Assembly (NCBI RefSeq): GCF_963921235.1
Contig: NC_086097.1
Span: 236,284,001 to 236,348,000, forward strand
Reading direction: 5' to 3'
Source of the DNA: Mobula hypostoma
Lineage: Eukaryota
DNA: 64,000 bases
Shown here piece by piece: positions 1 to 12,172 of the stretch (position 1 is the stretch's first letter; each line of letters starts with the position of its first letter). A program made the position numbers and the translations under genes. The notes below the pieces were generated by a model that was not told the origin of the DNA, searched no databases, and saw only the letters and a list, made by a program, of their open reading frames with translations.

Positions 1-261
1 TCCGCACTGTTCTCCAGCAGTTTAAGGACTAAGTCCAGCCGGAACATAACTCACAAGTGCTCTTGAAAGTCAGGAATTAACCCTACCTACCAACAACCAA
101 GCATTGCCATCCTGGTCTTTTTCATGATAGCTTATGAAAAAGCATGTGACTTCCCTCTCAGAGATGACAGGTGTTTGTGCACTCGACTCTTGAAGGCTTG
201 GACCCCAACGTCGCAAATGTTTTCAACCACAGCATCTGGAAGGCTGTTCACACATTACAAC

Positions 262-2200
262 ATCTGGCATACTGCTAGTGTCTTCCACAGTGAAGACTGA
301 TGCAGAATGCTCATTTAGTTCATCTGCAATCTCCTTACCCCCCCCCATTACAATTTCTCCAGCCTGATTTTCTAGCAGTCCTATACCCATGTTCATCTCT
401 ATTTTTTACATACTTGAAAAAGTTTTTAGTGTCCATTTTGATATTGTTTGCTAGTTTGCTTTCGTATTCATCTTTCTCCTCCTAATGATTTTTTTAGGTG
501 CTCTCTGTAGGTTTTTAAAAGCGTTCCAATCCTCTATCTTCCTGCTAAGTTTTGCTTTGTTGTATGCCCTCGCTTTTGCTTTTACATTAGCTTTGATTTC
601 CCTTGTCAGTCACATTTGTACTATTTTGCCATTTGAGTATTTCTTCGTTTTTGTAACACACCTGTTATGCACTTTTCTCACTTTTCTCAGAGACTCACAT
701 CATTGCTGCTCTGCTGTCATCCTGCCAGCAGCGCCATCTAATTTACTTTGGCCAATTCTTCTTTCATACCACAGTCATTTCCATTACTCCACTGAAATAC
801 TGCTACATCAGACTTCAATATTTCCCTATCAAATTTCAAGGTGAACCCAATCATACTGTGATCACAGGCTCCTAAGGGCTCTTTTACCATCAACTCCCTA
901 ATTGCCTCTGGTTCATTACAGAATACCAAATCCAGTACAGCTGATCCCCTAGTAGGCTCAATGACAAACTGCTCTAAAAATCTATCTCAACAAGCTCACT
1001 CTCTTGAGATCCAAGTCCATCCTGATTTTTCCAATCGACATGCATGTTGAAGTCTCCTATGACTATCATAACATGCCTTTTGACATGCCTTTCTATTTCC
1101 TGTTGTAACCTGTGGTCCACATTCCAGCTCCCATTGGGAGGTCTATATATAACTGCCAACAAGGTCTTTTCCCCTTGTGATTTCTTAACTCAAACCACAA
1201 GGATTCAACATCTTCCGATCCTGTGTAACATCTTTCTACTGATTTGATGTCATTCTTTACCAGCAGAGCCACGCCACCCCGTCTATCTACTTTCCTATCC
1301 CTCAGGTACGACATTTAACCTTGAACATTCAACTTCCAACTACAACCATACTTCAGCCACGGATGATGACCGCAACATTATACTTGACAATCTGTAATTG
1401 TGCAACAAGATTACCCACCTTATTTCTTATACTCCATTCATTGAGATATAACACTTTGAGTACTATATTTTCTACCCTTTTTGATTTTGCTAATCCAGAT
1501 TTCCCTAATGCATTAACACTCACCCTGCTGGTGGCAATTTTGTCCTATCATCTGCCTGCCCTTCCTGACAGTATGACTGCTCACTGTCTTTGCTTTTTTA
1601 CCACCTGATTCCGTTCATTCCAGTTCCCAACCCCCTGCCAAATTTGTTTAAAACCTCCCCAACAGCTCTAACAAACCTGCCCACTAGAATATTGGTCATC
1701 CTCTGTGCAAACTATCCTTTTTGTACGGGTCATACCTCCTCCAGAAGAGATCCCAATGATCCAAGAACCTAAAGCCTTGTGGCCTGCACCAGCTTCTCAG
1801 CTACGCATTTATCTGCCAGATCATCTTGTTTCCACCTTCACTGGCGTGTGGCAAAGTTAGCATTCCAGAAATTACTATCCTGGAGATCCTGCTTCTCAGC
1901 CTTCTGCCTGGCTCTCTAAATCCTCTCTTCGGACCTCATTGGTTTTCCTTCCGATGTCATTGGTACCAATATGTACCAAGAAATCTAGCTGCTCTCCCTC
2001 TCTCTCTAAAATACTGTGGACACGATCTGAGATGTACCTGACCCTGGCACCTGGGAGGCAACCACACCATCCGGGTGTCCCGTTCACATCCACAGAGTCT
2101 CCTGTCTATTCCTCTGACTATTGAATCCCTTATCAGTACCACTCCCCGCTTCTCCCTCTTTACCTTCTGCACCACAGTCCCATCGGCAGAATGCAGTAGT
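262..2200 (-). mobile_element. Degenerate CR1 LINE: ORF1 SGNH-esterase region, ORF2 AP-endonuclease and linker
   Basis: Frameshifted minus-strand ORF pieces: CLPGARV..VHIGTNDIGRK (esterase), RRGGVALLVK, VIYRPPN..IGDFNMHVDW, EPLGACDHSMI (endonuclease). Confidence 0.9.
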
Positions 2201-2334
2201 CTTCCTGGCCTACTGAGACCCTCCAGCATTTTCTGTGTGATGCTTAGATTTCCAGCATCTGCCGATTTCCTCAGCTAACAGCAATAGTTTATTCAACAAT
2301 GTATGCATTCATTCCACATGGCACATACAATTAC

Positions 2335-2925
2335 ATTCAAGGTTCAAAATACAAAGTGAATTTGTCATCAAAGTACATATATGTCACTATATACGACCCT
2401 GACCCTTCTTGCAGGCATGTTGAATAAGTTTATTGAATAATATTTGTAACATAATCAATGAAAGACCGCACTAACTTGGGCATTCAACCAGAAAGCAGAA
2501 GACAACAAACTGTACTGTGCAAATACAAAAAGAGAGAAGTAATAATAGTAAACAAATAAGCAATAAATATTGAGATCAAGAGATGAGGGGTCCTTGAAAG
2601 CGAGTCCATTGGGTGTAGGAGCATTTCAATGATGGGGCAAATGACGTTGAGTGAAGTTATCCTCTTTGCTTCAAGAGCCTGATGGGTCAAGGGTAGTGAC
2701 TGTTCCTGAAGCTGGTGGTGTGAGTCCTGAGACTCCTGTACTTTCCTCCTGATGGCAGAAGCAAGAAGGGAACATGTCCTGGGTGGTGGGAGTCCTTGAT
2801 GATGGATGGTGTTTTCCTGTGGTAACGTTTAATGTCGATGTGCTTAGTGGTGGGGAGAGCTTTACTTGTGATGGACTGGGCCATGTCCACCACTTGTTGT
2901 AGAATTTTCTGTTCAAGGGCATTAG
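2335..2925 (-). mobile_element. Rex1/Babar LINE 3' fragment
   Basis: ORF 2687-2893 SIIKDSHHPGH..FLLLPSGGKYRSLRTHTTSFRNSHYP, the typical Rex1-type C-terminus, followed by a 3'UTR shared with other copies here. Confidence 0.8.
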
Positions 2926-3158
2926 ATATTCGTATATGCTATGCTGTATATAAGTGCATTCAGCAAGGAAGCGTAAATCACGCTTCCTGATCTGATCAAA
3001 AACCTGATGAAAATTCTCACTCCATATTGTGATGTGGAACACAAGAGATTCTGCAGATGCTGGAAATCCAGAGTAATGCATGCAAGTTGCTTGAGGGACT
3101 CAGCGGGTAAGACAGTGTGATGGGGAATGCGCAGTAACCACATTCCATACACATGCAC

Positions 3159-3162
<4 letters not shown>

Positions 3163-3203
<41 letters not shown>
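3163..3203. repeat. (CA)n microsatellite
   Basis: About 20 perfect CA units. Confidence 0.97.
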
Positions 3204-3206
<3 letters not shown>

Positions 3207-3349
3207 CTTTGCAATTCTGCTTTCACTGTGCTGATCTGTTGATCTATGCACTTTAATGCCTTCCCCGGTATATTCTAATAATGGGTTGGCTTCGTGGTGC
3301 TTTCTCGCCACACATGGTGGAATATTCCATTTCTTTATCAATGGAGATT

Positions 3350-3660
3350 TTCTAGCCAAGAAAAGGACATGGAGGACATGCCATTACGAAGAGGACATGG
3401 ACACAATCATCATGAGATACACTGGGATTGTGAAGAGAAGAGAGGCCAACTCCATCAACAAGACAGCACTTCAATGGACCCCTGAAGTGCAGAGGAAATG
3501 CAGGAGACCAAAGATAACTTGAAACTGTAAGGTTAAAGCTGAGATGAGGACCCTGAATCACACCTGGGACACAATAGAGAAGATGGCCAAGGGCAGACAG
3601 AGGTGGAAGGCCTTCACTGCTGCCCTAAACACCAGTGGTGTAACAGGCAGTAAATAACTA
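3350..3660 (+). mobile_element. RTE-clade LINE 3' fragment
   Basis: KTALQWTPEVQRKCRRPKIT resembles the RTE W.P.G.R.RGRP..W motif; its 3' end matches the tail of 61274-61670. Confidence 0.7.
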
Positions 3661-3814
3661 ACTACTGTAACTCACTTATGAATGGGGATGTGTAAATGTG
3701 TATATATTTCTTCTATATGGTATTTCAGATAGATACTTCTGTTTATTGTAACTACATTGTGGGGTGCATCATTTTCTAATTCATGTGTTGTCTTAATTGT
3801 CTTAATTAGTCTTC

Positions 3815-4297
3815 CTTGTCCTGTCCAAGACTGAAAGAAGCTGCAGAAGATCGCGAACACAGCGCAGCATATCACACAAACCAATCTTCCGTCCTTGGAC
3901 TTACTTTACACCGCACGCTATCGGAGCAGTGCTGCCAGGATAATCAAGGACACGACCCACACAGCCAACACACTTTTCGTCCTTCTTCCCTCCGGGAGAA
4001 GGCTCAGGAGCTTGAAGACTCATACAGCTTCTTTCCAACTGTGATAAGACTGCTGAACGGATCCTGACCCGGATCTGGGCCGTACCCTCCAAATATCCGG
4101 ACCTGCCCCGCGTTTTTTTTGCACTACCTGACTTTCTATTTTTCTATTTTCTTTTTATGATTTATAATTTGAATTTTTAATATTTACTGTTGATTTGTAA
4201 TCCAGGGAGCGGGAAGAGCATAATCAAATATCACTGTGATGATTGTACATTCTAGTATCAATTGTTTGGTGACAATAAAGTATAAAGTATAAAGTAT
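3815..4297 (+). mobile_element. Rex1/Babar LINE 3' fragment
   Basis: ..SFFPTVIRLLN C-terminus; 3'UTR ending AATAAAG(TATAAAG)n; same tail at 31870-31963. Confidence 0.8.
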
Positions 4298-4413
4298 AAT
4301 TTAATTTTTGTGTAATGGAATCTGGTATGTCCTAGTGCCTGAAACAAAATGGGGTGGATTGCTCTGAGTAGGAAAGAAAGAAATTAGTACTGTCATGAAT
4401 TCACAATGGACAT

Positions 4414-4601
4414 AGCATGCAGCTATAATTGTGTTCTCTGGTAGAAATCTTCTCATAAATATTAGCAGCTTTCCTTTTGCTATTTTTGCTAATTTTTGTA
4501 AGTTTGATTTTTAAAACACCTAATAGCAAAAATAGCAAAAGGAAAGCTGCCAATATTTACGAGAAGATTGCTACCAGAGACCACAATTATAGCTGCATGC
4601 T
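4414..4601. repeat. Long inverted repeat: 78-bp arms (4414-4491, 4524-4601), 32-bp spacer
   Basis: Manual reverse-complement comparison gives 74/78 identity. Confidence 0.95.
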
Positions 4602-4659
4602 TGTACAAAAGTGCTAAGTGATTCCAGCCATTTTTTTCCCTGTGGTCAAAACCCATGTA

Positions 4660-4730
4660 ATGTAGCCAGCAGCATCTATGGAAAGCAATAAAGTGCCACG
4701 GCCTTGGGCTGAGACCCTTCATCAGGATAG
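4660..4730 (-). mobile_element. PLE terminal-repeat relic with decayed hammerhead motif
   Basis: Minus strand CTGATGA-AGG-GTCTCAG-CCC-AAGGC; GAAAC is lost. Confidence 0.65.
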
Positions 4731-4774
4731 ATCCGCTATAGCAACTTTGCTGAAAAGTTGACCAATTTTTTTCA

Positions 4775-5700
4775 GAAACAGGTTTTATATCACCTGCGTA
4801 TGTCATACAATTTGTTGATTTGTCAACAGAAGTAGAATGCAATACATAACAATAGAAAAAGAACATGAATTACAGTTATTACTTATATATGTACACACAC
4901 ACACACATATATGTATATATATATAATGTACATATACCCAGTCTTCACCCTGCTCCAACAACACAGTCTCCGCTGGCTGGGCCACAGACACCACATGTCA
5001 GATGGGAGGATCCCAAAAGACCTGCTGTACCGGGAACTGGCCTCCGGCAAGAGAGCACAAGGGCGGCCCCATCTTCGTTTCAAAGACGTTTGCAAGAGAG
5101 ACATGAAGTCACTGAAAACGAACGTCGAGAGGTGGGCGGACATCGCAAGCGATTGCTCTCTCTGGAGGCTGGAACTACGCAGAGGTCTAAAAAGAGGAGA
5201 AGAGAAGCTGAGGCTTGCTGCTGAAGAACAGCGCACTCGTCAGCAAACAGCACCAAGACAACACTGGAGGACAGCGCCTTCAAGTGCAGTCGCTGCAGCC
5301 GAGACTGTCACTCCTGTGTGGGCCTCTACAGCCACAACAGACGCTGCTCTAACACAGACTGAAGCAAGACTTCCCAGGCGCAGATCCATGGTCTCGTGGG
5401 ACTAACGGATGCCACCACCACCACAATAAGTAGTGCAAGAATAGAAATTAAAAAGTAATAAGAAAATGTTCATGGATTTAATGTCCATTCAGAAATTGGA
5501 TGGCGGAGGGGAAGAAGATGCTCTTGAATCATTGAATGTGTGCCTTCAGGGTCCTGTACCTTCTTCCTGATGGTAGCAATGAGAACAAGGCATGACCTGG
5601 GTGATGGGGGTCCTTAATGATGGACCCCACCTTTTTGAGGCTCCGCTCCTTGAAGATGTCCTGGATGCTATGGACGCTAGTGCCCGTGATGGAGCAGGGT
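4775..5700 (-). mobile_element. Rex1-type 3' fragment split by an RTE insertion
   Basis: Minus-strand IIKDPHHPGHALFSLLPSGRRYR-like coding at about 5550-5680; the 3'UTR is interrupted at about 4880-5425. Confidence 0.7.
4935..5425 (+). mobile_element. RTE (BovB-like) LINE 3' fragment
   Basis: LRWLGH..MSDGRIPKDLLYRELASGKRAQGRPHLRFKDVCKRDMK; frameshifted CX2CX12HX3C motif; (CCA)n tail. Confidence 0.9.
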
Positions 5701-6079
5701 TATTTACATGCTTATGGCTCAAGATATATGATACATTCTGATACCACATGTCCTGATACAGGTCCTGGCCTGAAGCATCAACAGTTCCTTCCACCCCACC
5801 ACAAACCTCATGGATGCTGCTCGACCTATTGAATTCCTCCTGTGGCTTCATTTTGCTGTAGGATACTTCAAACAATTAAATAATTGACAATATATTACAT
5901 GCAGAACTAAACCAAAGGCAAAAAATATGTAATTTATTCATAAACTAGTATTCATATTTACAAAAAATCCAATCTATAATTCAGTTGCTCCAAGTCTTAT
6001 TCCTTAAAAGTATCAGTATTCATAAGGCAAAAGAAGACAATGTGTCATTTTGCAGTGTAGTCCTCCTATTGCAATCAAT

Positions 6080-6138
6080 GGATAGATAAATAGATAGATA
6101 GATAGATATATATACTTTATTGATCCCGAGGGAAATTG
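6080..6138 (-). mobile_element. Very short Rex1-type 3' tail with (TATC)n
   Basis: Reverse complement CAATTTCCCTCGGGATCAATAAAGTAT matches the Rex1 end at about 46604-46630. Confidence 0.6.
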
Positions 6139-6286
6139 AGATACCTGCAATTCAAGCCAAGACACCAACATAATCTGAGTTTAATGAAGAGTATTTGGAT
6201 AATTAAATCAGCGATGCAAATTGCACACCTACAAAGTATGAATTTACAGAAGAATGTCTAATCCCATTTACATTGGATTTGATCAT

Positions 6287-6845
6287 AAACAAGAGAAGAT
6301 CTGCGGATGCTGGAAATACAAGCAACACACACACAATACCTGAGGAATTCAGCAGGCCAGGCAGCATCAATGGAAAAACGTCCGGTCAACATTTCGGGAC
6401 GACATACTTCAGCAGGGCTGGAGAAAAAAAGATGAGGAGTCGAATTAAAAGGCAGGGGAGAGGGGAGGGAGAACCACAAGGTGATAGGTAAAGCCAAGAG
6501 GGCGAGGGGTGAGGTAAAGAGCTGGGAAATCGATTAGTGAAAGAAATACAGGGCTGGAGAAAGGGGGAATCTGATAGGAAAGGACAGGTGGCCATGGAAG
6601 AAAGAAAAGTGGGGGAAGAAGCACTAGAAGGGGGCAATGGGCAGGCAAGGAGATAAGGTGAGAGAGAGAGAAAAGCAGATGGGGCATGGTGAAGGGTGGG
6701 GGGTGGTGGGCCTTACCAGAAGTCTGAAAAATCGATTTTCATGCTATCAGGTTGGAGGCTACCCAGACAGAAATTAAGGTGTTTTCTTCCAACCTGAGTC
6801 TAGCCTCTTTGTGACAATAGAGGAGGGTATGGATTGACACATCAA
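6287..6845 (-). mobile_element. Penelope-like element 3' end (GIY-YIG C-terminus plus terminal repeat)
   Basis: Minus strand encodes RLEENTL..LGSLQPDSMKIDF-like; pyrimidine tract; hammerhead relic 6383-6420; homologous to 11740-12172. Confidence 0.8.
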
Positions 6846-7544
6846 TGGATTTGATGATACTTTACAGAATGTCTTTAATGCACCAGAAAGCCATGAAAAT
6901 CCAAATATTTATTTTTTTAATGAATAATAGATTTCCTCGTGCTTATTTTATTCCTTGAACATAAACTAACACCTGGCCCAAGTATGAATGTGAACATCAG
7001 TACTGTTTGCCACATAAATGTTAACAATTTTCCGTGCAGCTGCAGTTAATTGCATCCTTACAGGCAATTAGTTTAATTGATGTTTTATTCACCAGCAATT
7101 CGATCGAGCCATCATCGAAATAAAGCATTAAGCACAGACGATAATTTTCTGCAAAACTATTAAAATCATTGACAAGTGAAACATAACTTTGCGTTTGCAT
7201 GCAGTGATAACAATATTACGAATGTGGAGCTTGCAAAGTAATAGTGGTGAATTTCATAATGTCAGCAAGTTGGAGGAAGATGACTTTAAAGAAATAATTT
7301 GGGCTGGAAAACAATCATTTCTATAGAGTTAAAATTAGACCCAGTCCCTCTCAATAGAGACACTTTGAATATACAGTTGTGTGCCGCATTTGCAGTGGCC
7401 TTTCCATTTCTTGGTGGATAAGGTATATGAGAAGCAATGACTCAAATCTTGCAAGCTTCTGAATGGAAAAAAAAGCAAGTTTCGGCCATCGCTCCTTAGG
7501 CTTTCCCCATGTGACCAAGTCTAGAAGTCAGAACTATCCTGAAA

Positions 7545-7750
7545 ACAAGAGACCGACACATCCAAAACAACACACACAAAATGCTGGAGGAACTCAGTAG
7601 GTCAGGCAGCATCGATGGAAAAGAGTAAATAGTTGACCTTTGGGGCCAAGACCCTTCTGCAGAACTCTCTTCCGTACATGCTGTCTGACCTGCTGAGATT
7701 TCCAGCATTTTGTCTGTGTTGCTTTGGATTTCTAGCATCTACATACTTTG
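7545..7750. mobile_element. PLE terminal repeat in fold-back (inverted) arrangement
   Basis: ACACACAAAATGCTGG..CTCAG.AGGTCAG.CAGCAT on the left is mirrored by ATGCTGTCTGACCTGCTGAG..TCCAGCATTTTGTCTGTGT on the right. Confidence 0.75.
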
Positions 7751-8386
7751 TCGTATTTGTAAATATTTCTATATTAATTGTTTATGTGGCACTGTGCTTT
7801 TTTAAATCATGTTTTAACACTATTGTTTAAATATGTAATTACAACATTATTTTTTTATATGTCTAGCAAGATCAATCATTCATTTTAGGGAGTGGATCAT
7901 GGAATATGCTGCATAGACTGTGCCCAAAATACAGAATCCACTCCATCTTACCCAATGCATGTCAAGGTGGCAGCCACAATGGAAATTTAGAATTTCATCA
8001 AAGCTTTGCTGCAAATTTTAACACTGGATGAAGGAGCCACCCAATAGTTTCTCTGAAGCAGTGTTTCATGATGTCCATTGGGGACTAGCCCTGAAGAAAA
8101 TACTTCAAACTGAATTTAACAAAAACAATTTCCCCCAAGGCCTTTCTGTTCAAGCCAACCCAGGTTCTTCCTGTCTTTAGTAGCACCATCTAGTTCGTGC
8201 TGTGGCCGTAGAGTAAGCAAGCAGTGAGCTACCATCAACTTGCTCTTTCAACTTACCTTCTCTCTGAGTGTTACAGATGTGTTTGGATCATGTACATTGG
8301 GTACAAGATATGTCCTGTATTATGGTTGCTTAGATTGCCCAAATCATTTACCTTTCACAAGCGCTATCTTGACCGCAACTATACTG

Positions 8387-9663
8387 TTTTTTTAATTTAT
8401 TGAGATACAGCGTGGAATAGGCCCTTCCAGGGGTGCTACCCCTTCCTGACGCCCCATGCAAGTCAATATGGGAAAATTCTCCATGCTTATGACAACTTTG
8501 GACTCACCATCAACATCAAAAAGACAGAAGTCATGCACCAGCCTGCCCCTTATGCACCGTACACAGAACCGAAAATCACAGTCAAAGGACAGAAACTACA
8601 GGCAGTGGACCAGTTTACTGACCTTGGCAGCACCCTCTCCCGAGCAGTGACTATTGATACAGAAGTTAACTGCAGAACAACGAAGGCAAATTCTGCTTTC
8701 AGTAGACTGTGCTCCTCTGTATGGGAACATCGAGGATTCAGTCCAGCAGCAAAACTGAAGGTCTATAGCAGTGGTACTCCCTACCCTCCTGTATGCCTGC
8801 GAAACGTGGACTGTGTATCAAAGGCATGCAAGACAGCTCAACCACTTCCACATGACTTGTCTTCGCAGAATATTAGGCATCAGATGGCAAGATAAAGTAC
8901 CAGACACTGAAATTCTCTCCAGAGCAAGTCTACCATCAGTCCACACACTGCTGATGAGAGCACAGACCCGGTGGGCAGGTCATGTCATCCACATGCCGGA
9001 CGAGTGCATACCCAAGCAGCTCCTTTTTGGAGAACTCTCTGCTGGAAGACGCTCACATGGAGGGCAGAAGAAACATTTCAAAGGCACATTAAAAGCCTCC
9101 CTGAAGTCATTTGACATAGACACGACTTCTTGGGAAATGCTGGCACAAAACCGCCCTACCTGACACGGCCTCATCCACAAGGGCTGTCAAGCTTACGAGG
9201 CAAGGCACGTTGCTGAAGCACAACATAAGCGCGAGCTGCGCAAGTCTAGAGCCACCAGCACAACAACTGCAGTGCCTACACATGTCTGCCCAACATGTGC
9301 CAGGACATTCTGTGCCCGAATTGGCCTGACCAGTCATCTTCGGACACACCGCATCCAGTCTCATAGTGACTGATGGTGCTGAGGTCTTCATCGACGACGA
9401 TGGACGAACCACACAGTCCCTTCCAGTAGCTCAAGCTCACCACCCAGCAACAACCCCCTATTTAACACTAGCCTAATCATGGGACAATTTACAATGACCA
9501 ATCAATCTACAAGTTGGTACACTTTTCGACAGAGGAAGGAACCAGAGCACCCGGGCGAAACCCATGTGGTCACAGAGAGAACATACAAACACCCTACAGC
9601 GGGAATTGAGCTCGAGTCACTGGTACTGCAAAGCATTGTGGTAAGCACTATCCTACCATGTTG
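8387..9663 (-). mobile_element. tRNA-headed V-SINE (HE1-like), split by an RTE
   Basis: Tail 8387-8430 and body 9427-9663 match the reverse complement of 58587-58845. Confidence 0.8.
8431..9414 (+). mobile_element. 5'-truncated RTE (BovB-like) LINE with TSD
   Basis: [65 protein letters not shown] at 8422-8430 and 9418-9426. Confidence 0.92.
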
Positions 9664-9775
9664 CATCAAGACATGTTGATATGCTTTTTAAAAATTGACC
9701 ACTAAACTAACCCCAAAAGTCCGAACTCGAACATAGCAGAATAAGCATCCTTAAATTGACATTATAATTGTTACT

Positions 9776-10290
9776 GGGGTGTATGAGGTATCCAGGGAGG
9801 GGTAGAACATCTGGTGATAGGTCTTGTTGTGCCTATTCCAGGGCAGCTTGCTCACCTTTGGTCCCCAGCAGATGCTCAGCTCTCATCTTTGGCTCCAGCT
9901 TGCTGTTTGCATGCAACAGTGGCCACACTGCTTCAACAGGTGGAATAAACCAGGTGAGGGTAGCCGGCAACCTCACACCCCAGTCAGCGGGGGACTTGAA
10001 TGTCCTAGCGTGCAAAGTCAATTCTGGCAGTCTGGGCGGATGAGATCTACAGTGAAATCCTACTGCCAGGAAGGCAGTATTGTTAAGCTCCATGGTTAGT
10101 GAAGGTTGTGACAAGGTATGAAGACGTCATGGTCATTCACTGAAACCAAGAAAGACCCCAACTTCTGACACTTAGTCATACCACTGGACACAGACTTCTG
10201 AGGTCGAGAGAGTGCAACTGGCCCAGTGCAAAGGGTTTTCCACTTTAAAAACTCTCCCACACTGGTTTTCTTTTCATCATCAGACACAAA
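9776..10290 (+). mobile_element. Probable RTE 5'UTR-derived non-autonomous repeat
   Basis: GC-richer non-coding block with self-complementary segments; family assignment from recalled resemblance only. Confidence 0.35.
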
Positions 10291-10304
10291 GGACAAATAC
10301 CATA

Positions 10305-10412
10305 ACTGACACACACAAAATGCTGGAGGAACTCAGCAGGCCAGACAGCATCTATGGAAAAAAGTAGTCGATGTTACGGGCTGAAACCATTCGGCAGAAC
10401 TGGAGAGAGAAA
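10305..10412 (-). mobile_element. PLE terminal-repeat relic
   Basis: Same repeat as 7560-7665; decayed hammerhead CAGTT-CTGCCGA-..-CCC-GTAAC-ATC-GACTA on minus. Confidence 0.7.
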
Positions 10413-10419
10413 GCTCCGC

Positions 10420-10660
10420 AGATGACCCCGGTTCAATTCCTGCCAATGCCTGTAAGGAGTTTGAACGTTCTCCCTGTGACTGCTAAGGTTACCTCCGGGT
10501 GCTCTGGTTTCCTCCCACAGTCCAAAGACATACCAGTTGGTAGGCTAATTGCCATTGTAAATTTTCCCATGATTAAGCTAGGATTAAATCAGGGAATTGC
10601 TGGGCAGCACGGTTCGAAGGACTGGAAGGATCTATTCAGTACTGTATCATAAAGAGTAAT
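10420..10660 (+). mobile_element. V-SINE (HE1-like), 5'-truncated
   Basis: B-box GGTTCAATTCC; core CCTCCGGGTGCTCTGGTTTCCTCCCACAGTCCAAAGAC. Confidence 0.85.
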
Positions 10661-11261
10661 AAAAATACTTTGAGCTTACTTAATTAAGTAGTATGAAGGT
10701 AATCCAAATAATAGGCCACACCACATGATACCCTTCTCGACCAAGCAACGGCATATGATTATTGTGACATTTGAGACAACTATTTATTTTGCCTGAGATG
10801 ATACTTAATTTAATCTATATTATGGAATTAATAAATAATTAGATTTAACTTATATGATTAATTTCTGGAGTTGTGAGACTTTACAGCGGCATTAAAATTA
10901 ATGTAGACACTTAATAATAGATTATGGAATGTTAACACGCTGTCTCAAAGGGAAATAGGAGCCATTACAATTTTATTTTCTCCACATGGCACATTAATCT
11001 TGAAGTCACCGAACAAATGTTCAAGTAACCTGAAACCTGATATTAGAACAGGTTTTCATTCCCCAGAAGGGAGATTCATCTAGCAAAGAATACCTGCACT
11101 ATGTACTTTTACGATGTGTATGTTTCATTTGCAGTCATTGCTTTAATAGGCAATTTAGCTTTTAATTTACCTTTGGTCTTGTGTCCATTGTTGGCAAGTC
11201 CCAACTGTAATTACCCTCAAAAAAGTGGCAGAGTACTGCAGTACTGAACTATATTCTGATG

Positions 11262-12172
11262 CTCCTGATCCTGCCTCCTCTACGAGGGTGAGACCCATCG
11301 TAAGTTGGCGCTGCTCTTTTGAGCACCTCTGCACCGTCCACTAAAAGCAGAACTTCCTGGTGGCAGCCTCCCACCATGATTCCCTTGTCCATTCATCCCT
11401 TCCCACTGATCTCCCTCCCAGCATTTATCCCTGCAAGCAGCCTAAGTGCCACACTTGCCCATTCACCTCCTCCATTCAGGGCTCCAAACAGTCCTTCCAG
11501 GTGAGGCAACAATTTTCTTGTGAATCTTTTGGGGTTGTCGCTTACGTCCAGTGCCCCCAATGCAGCCTTCTCTCCATTAGTGTGACCCGTCGTAAATTGG
11601 GGGGCGGGGGGGGGCCGCTTCATTGAACACCTCCGCTCCTTCCGCTAAAAGCAGAACTTCCCGGTGGCCAATCATTTTAATTCCCATTCCAATTCCGACA
11701 TGTCAGTCCATGGCTTCCTCCTGTGCCAAGATGAGATCACCTGCAAGATGGAGGAGAAACACCTTATTTTTTGATAAGATAATCTCCAAACTGATGGCAT
11801 GAATATCCATCTCTTCCAGTAAAAAAATACCCTTGCCCACCTCTCTTATTCTATTCCCCACTCGGGCCTCTTACCTCCTCTCATGTGCCTATCACCTCCT
11901 CCTAGATCCCCTCATCCTTCCCTTTCCCCATGGTCAACTCTCCGCTCCTCTCCGATTCCTCCCTCTCCAGTCCTTTATCTTTCCTAACCATCTGGCTTCA
12001 CCTATCACCTTCTAGCTATTCTCCTTCCATCCCCCCTATTTTTTTAACCTGGTGTCTTCCCCCTTCCTGTCCAGTCCTGAAGAAGGGTCTTGGCCCAATA
12101 TGTCAATTGTTCACTCATTTCCATAGACGCTGCCTGAATTTTCTGAATTCCTTCGGCATTTGTGTGTGTTGC
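11262..12172 (+). mobile_element. Penelope-like element: Cys-rich linker, GIY-YIG endonuclease remnant, terminal repeat
   Basis: YPCKQPKCHTCP..SFQVRQQFSCESFGVVAYVQCPQCSLLSISVTRRKLG; hammerhead relic 12072-12109. Confidence 0.88.
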
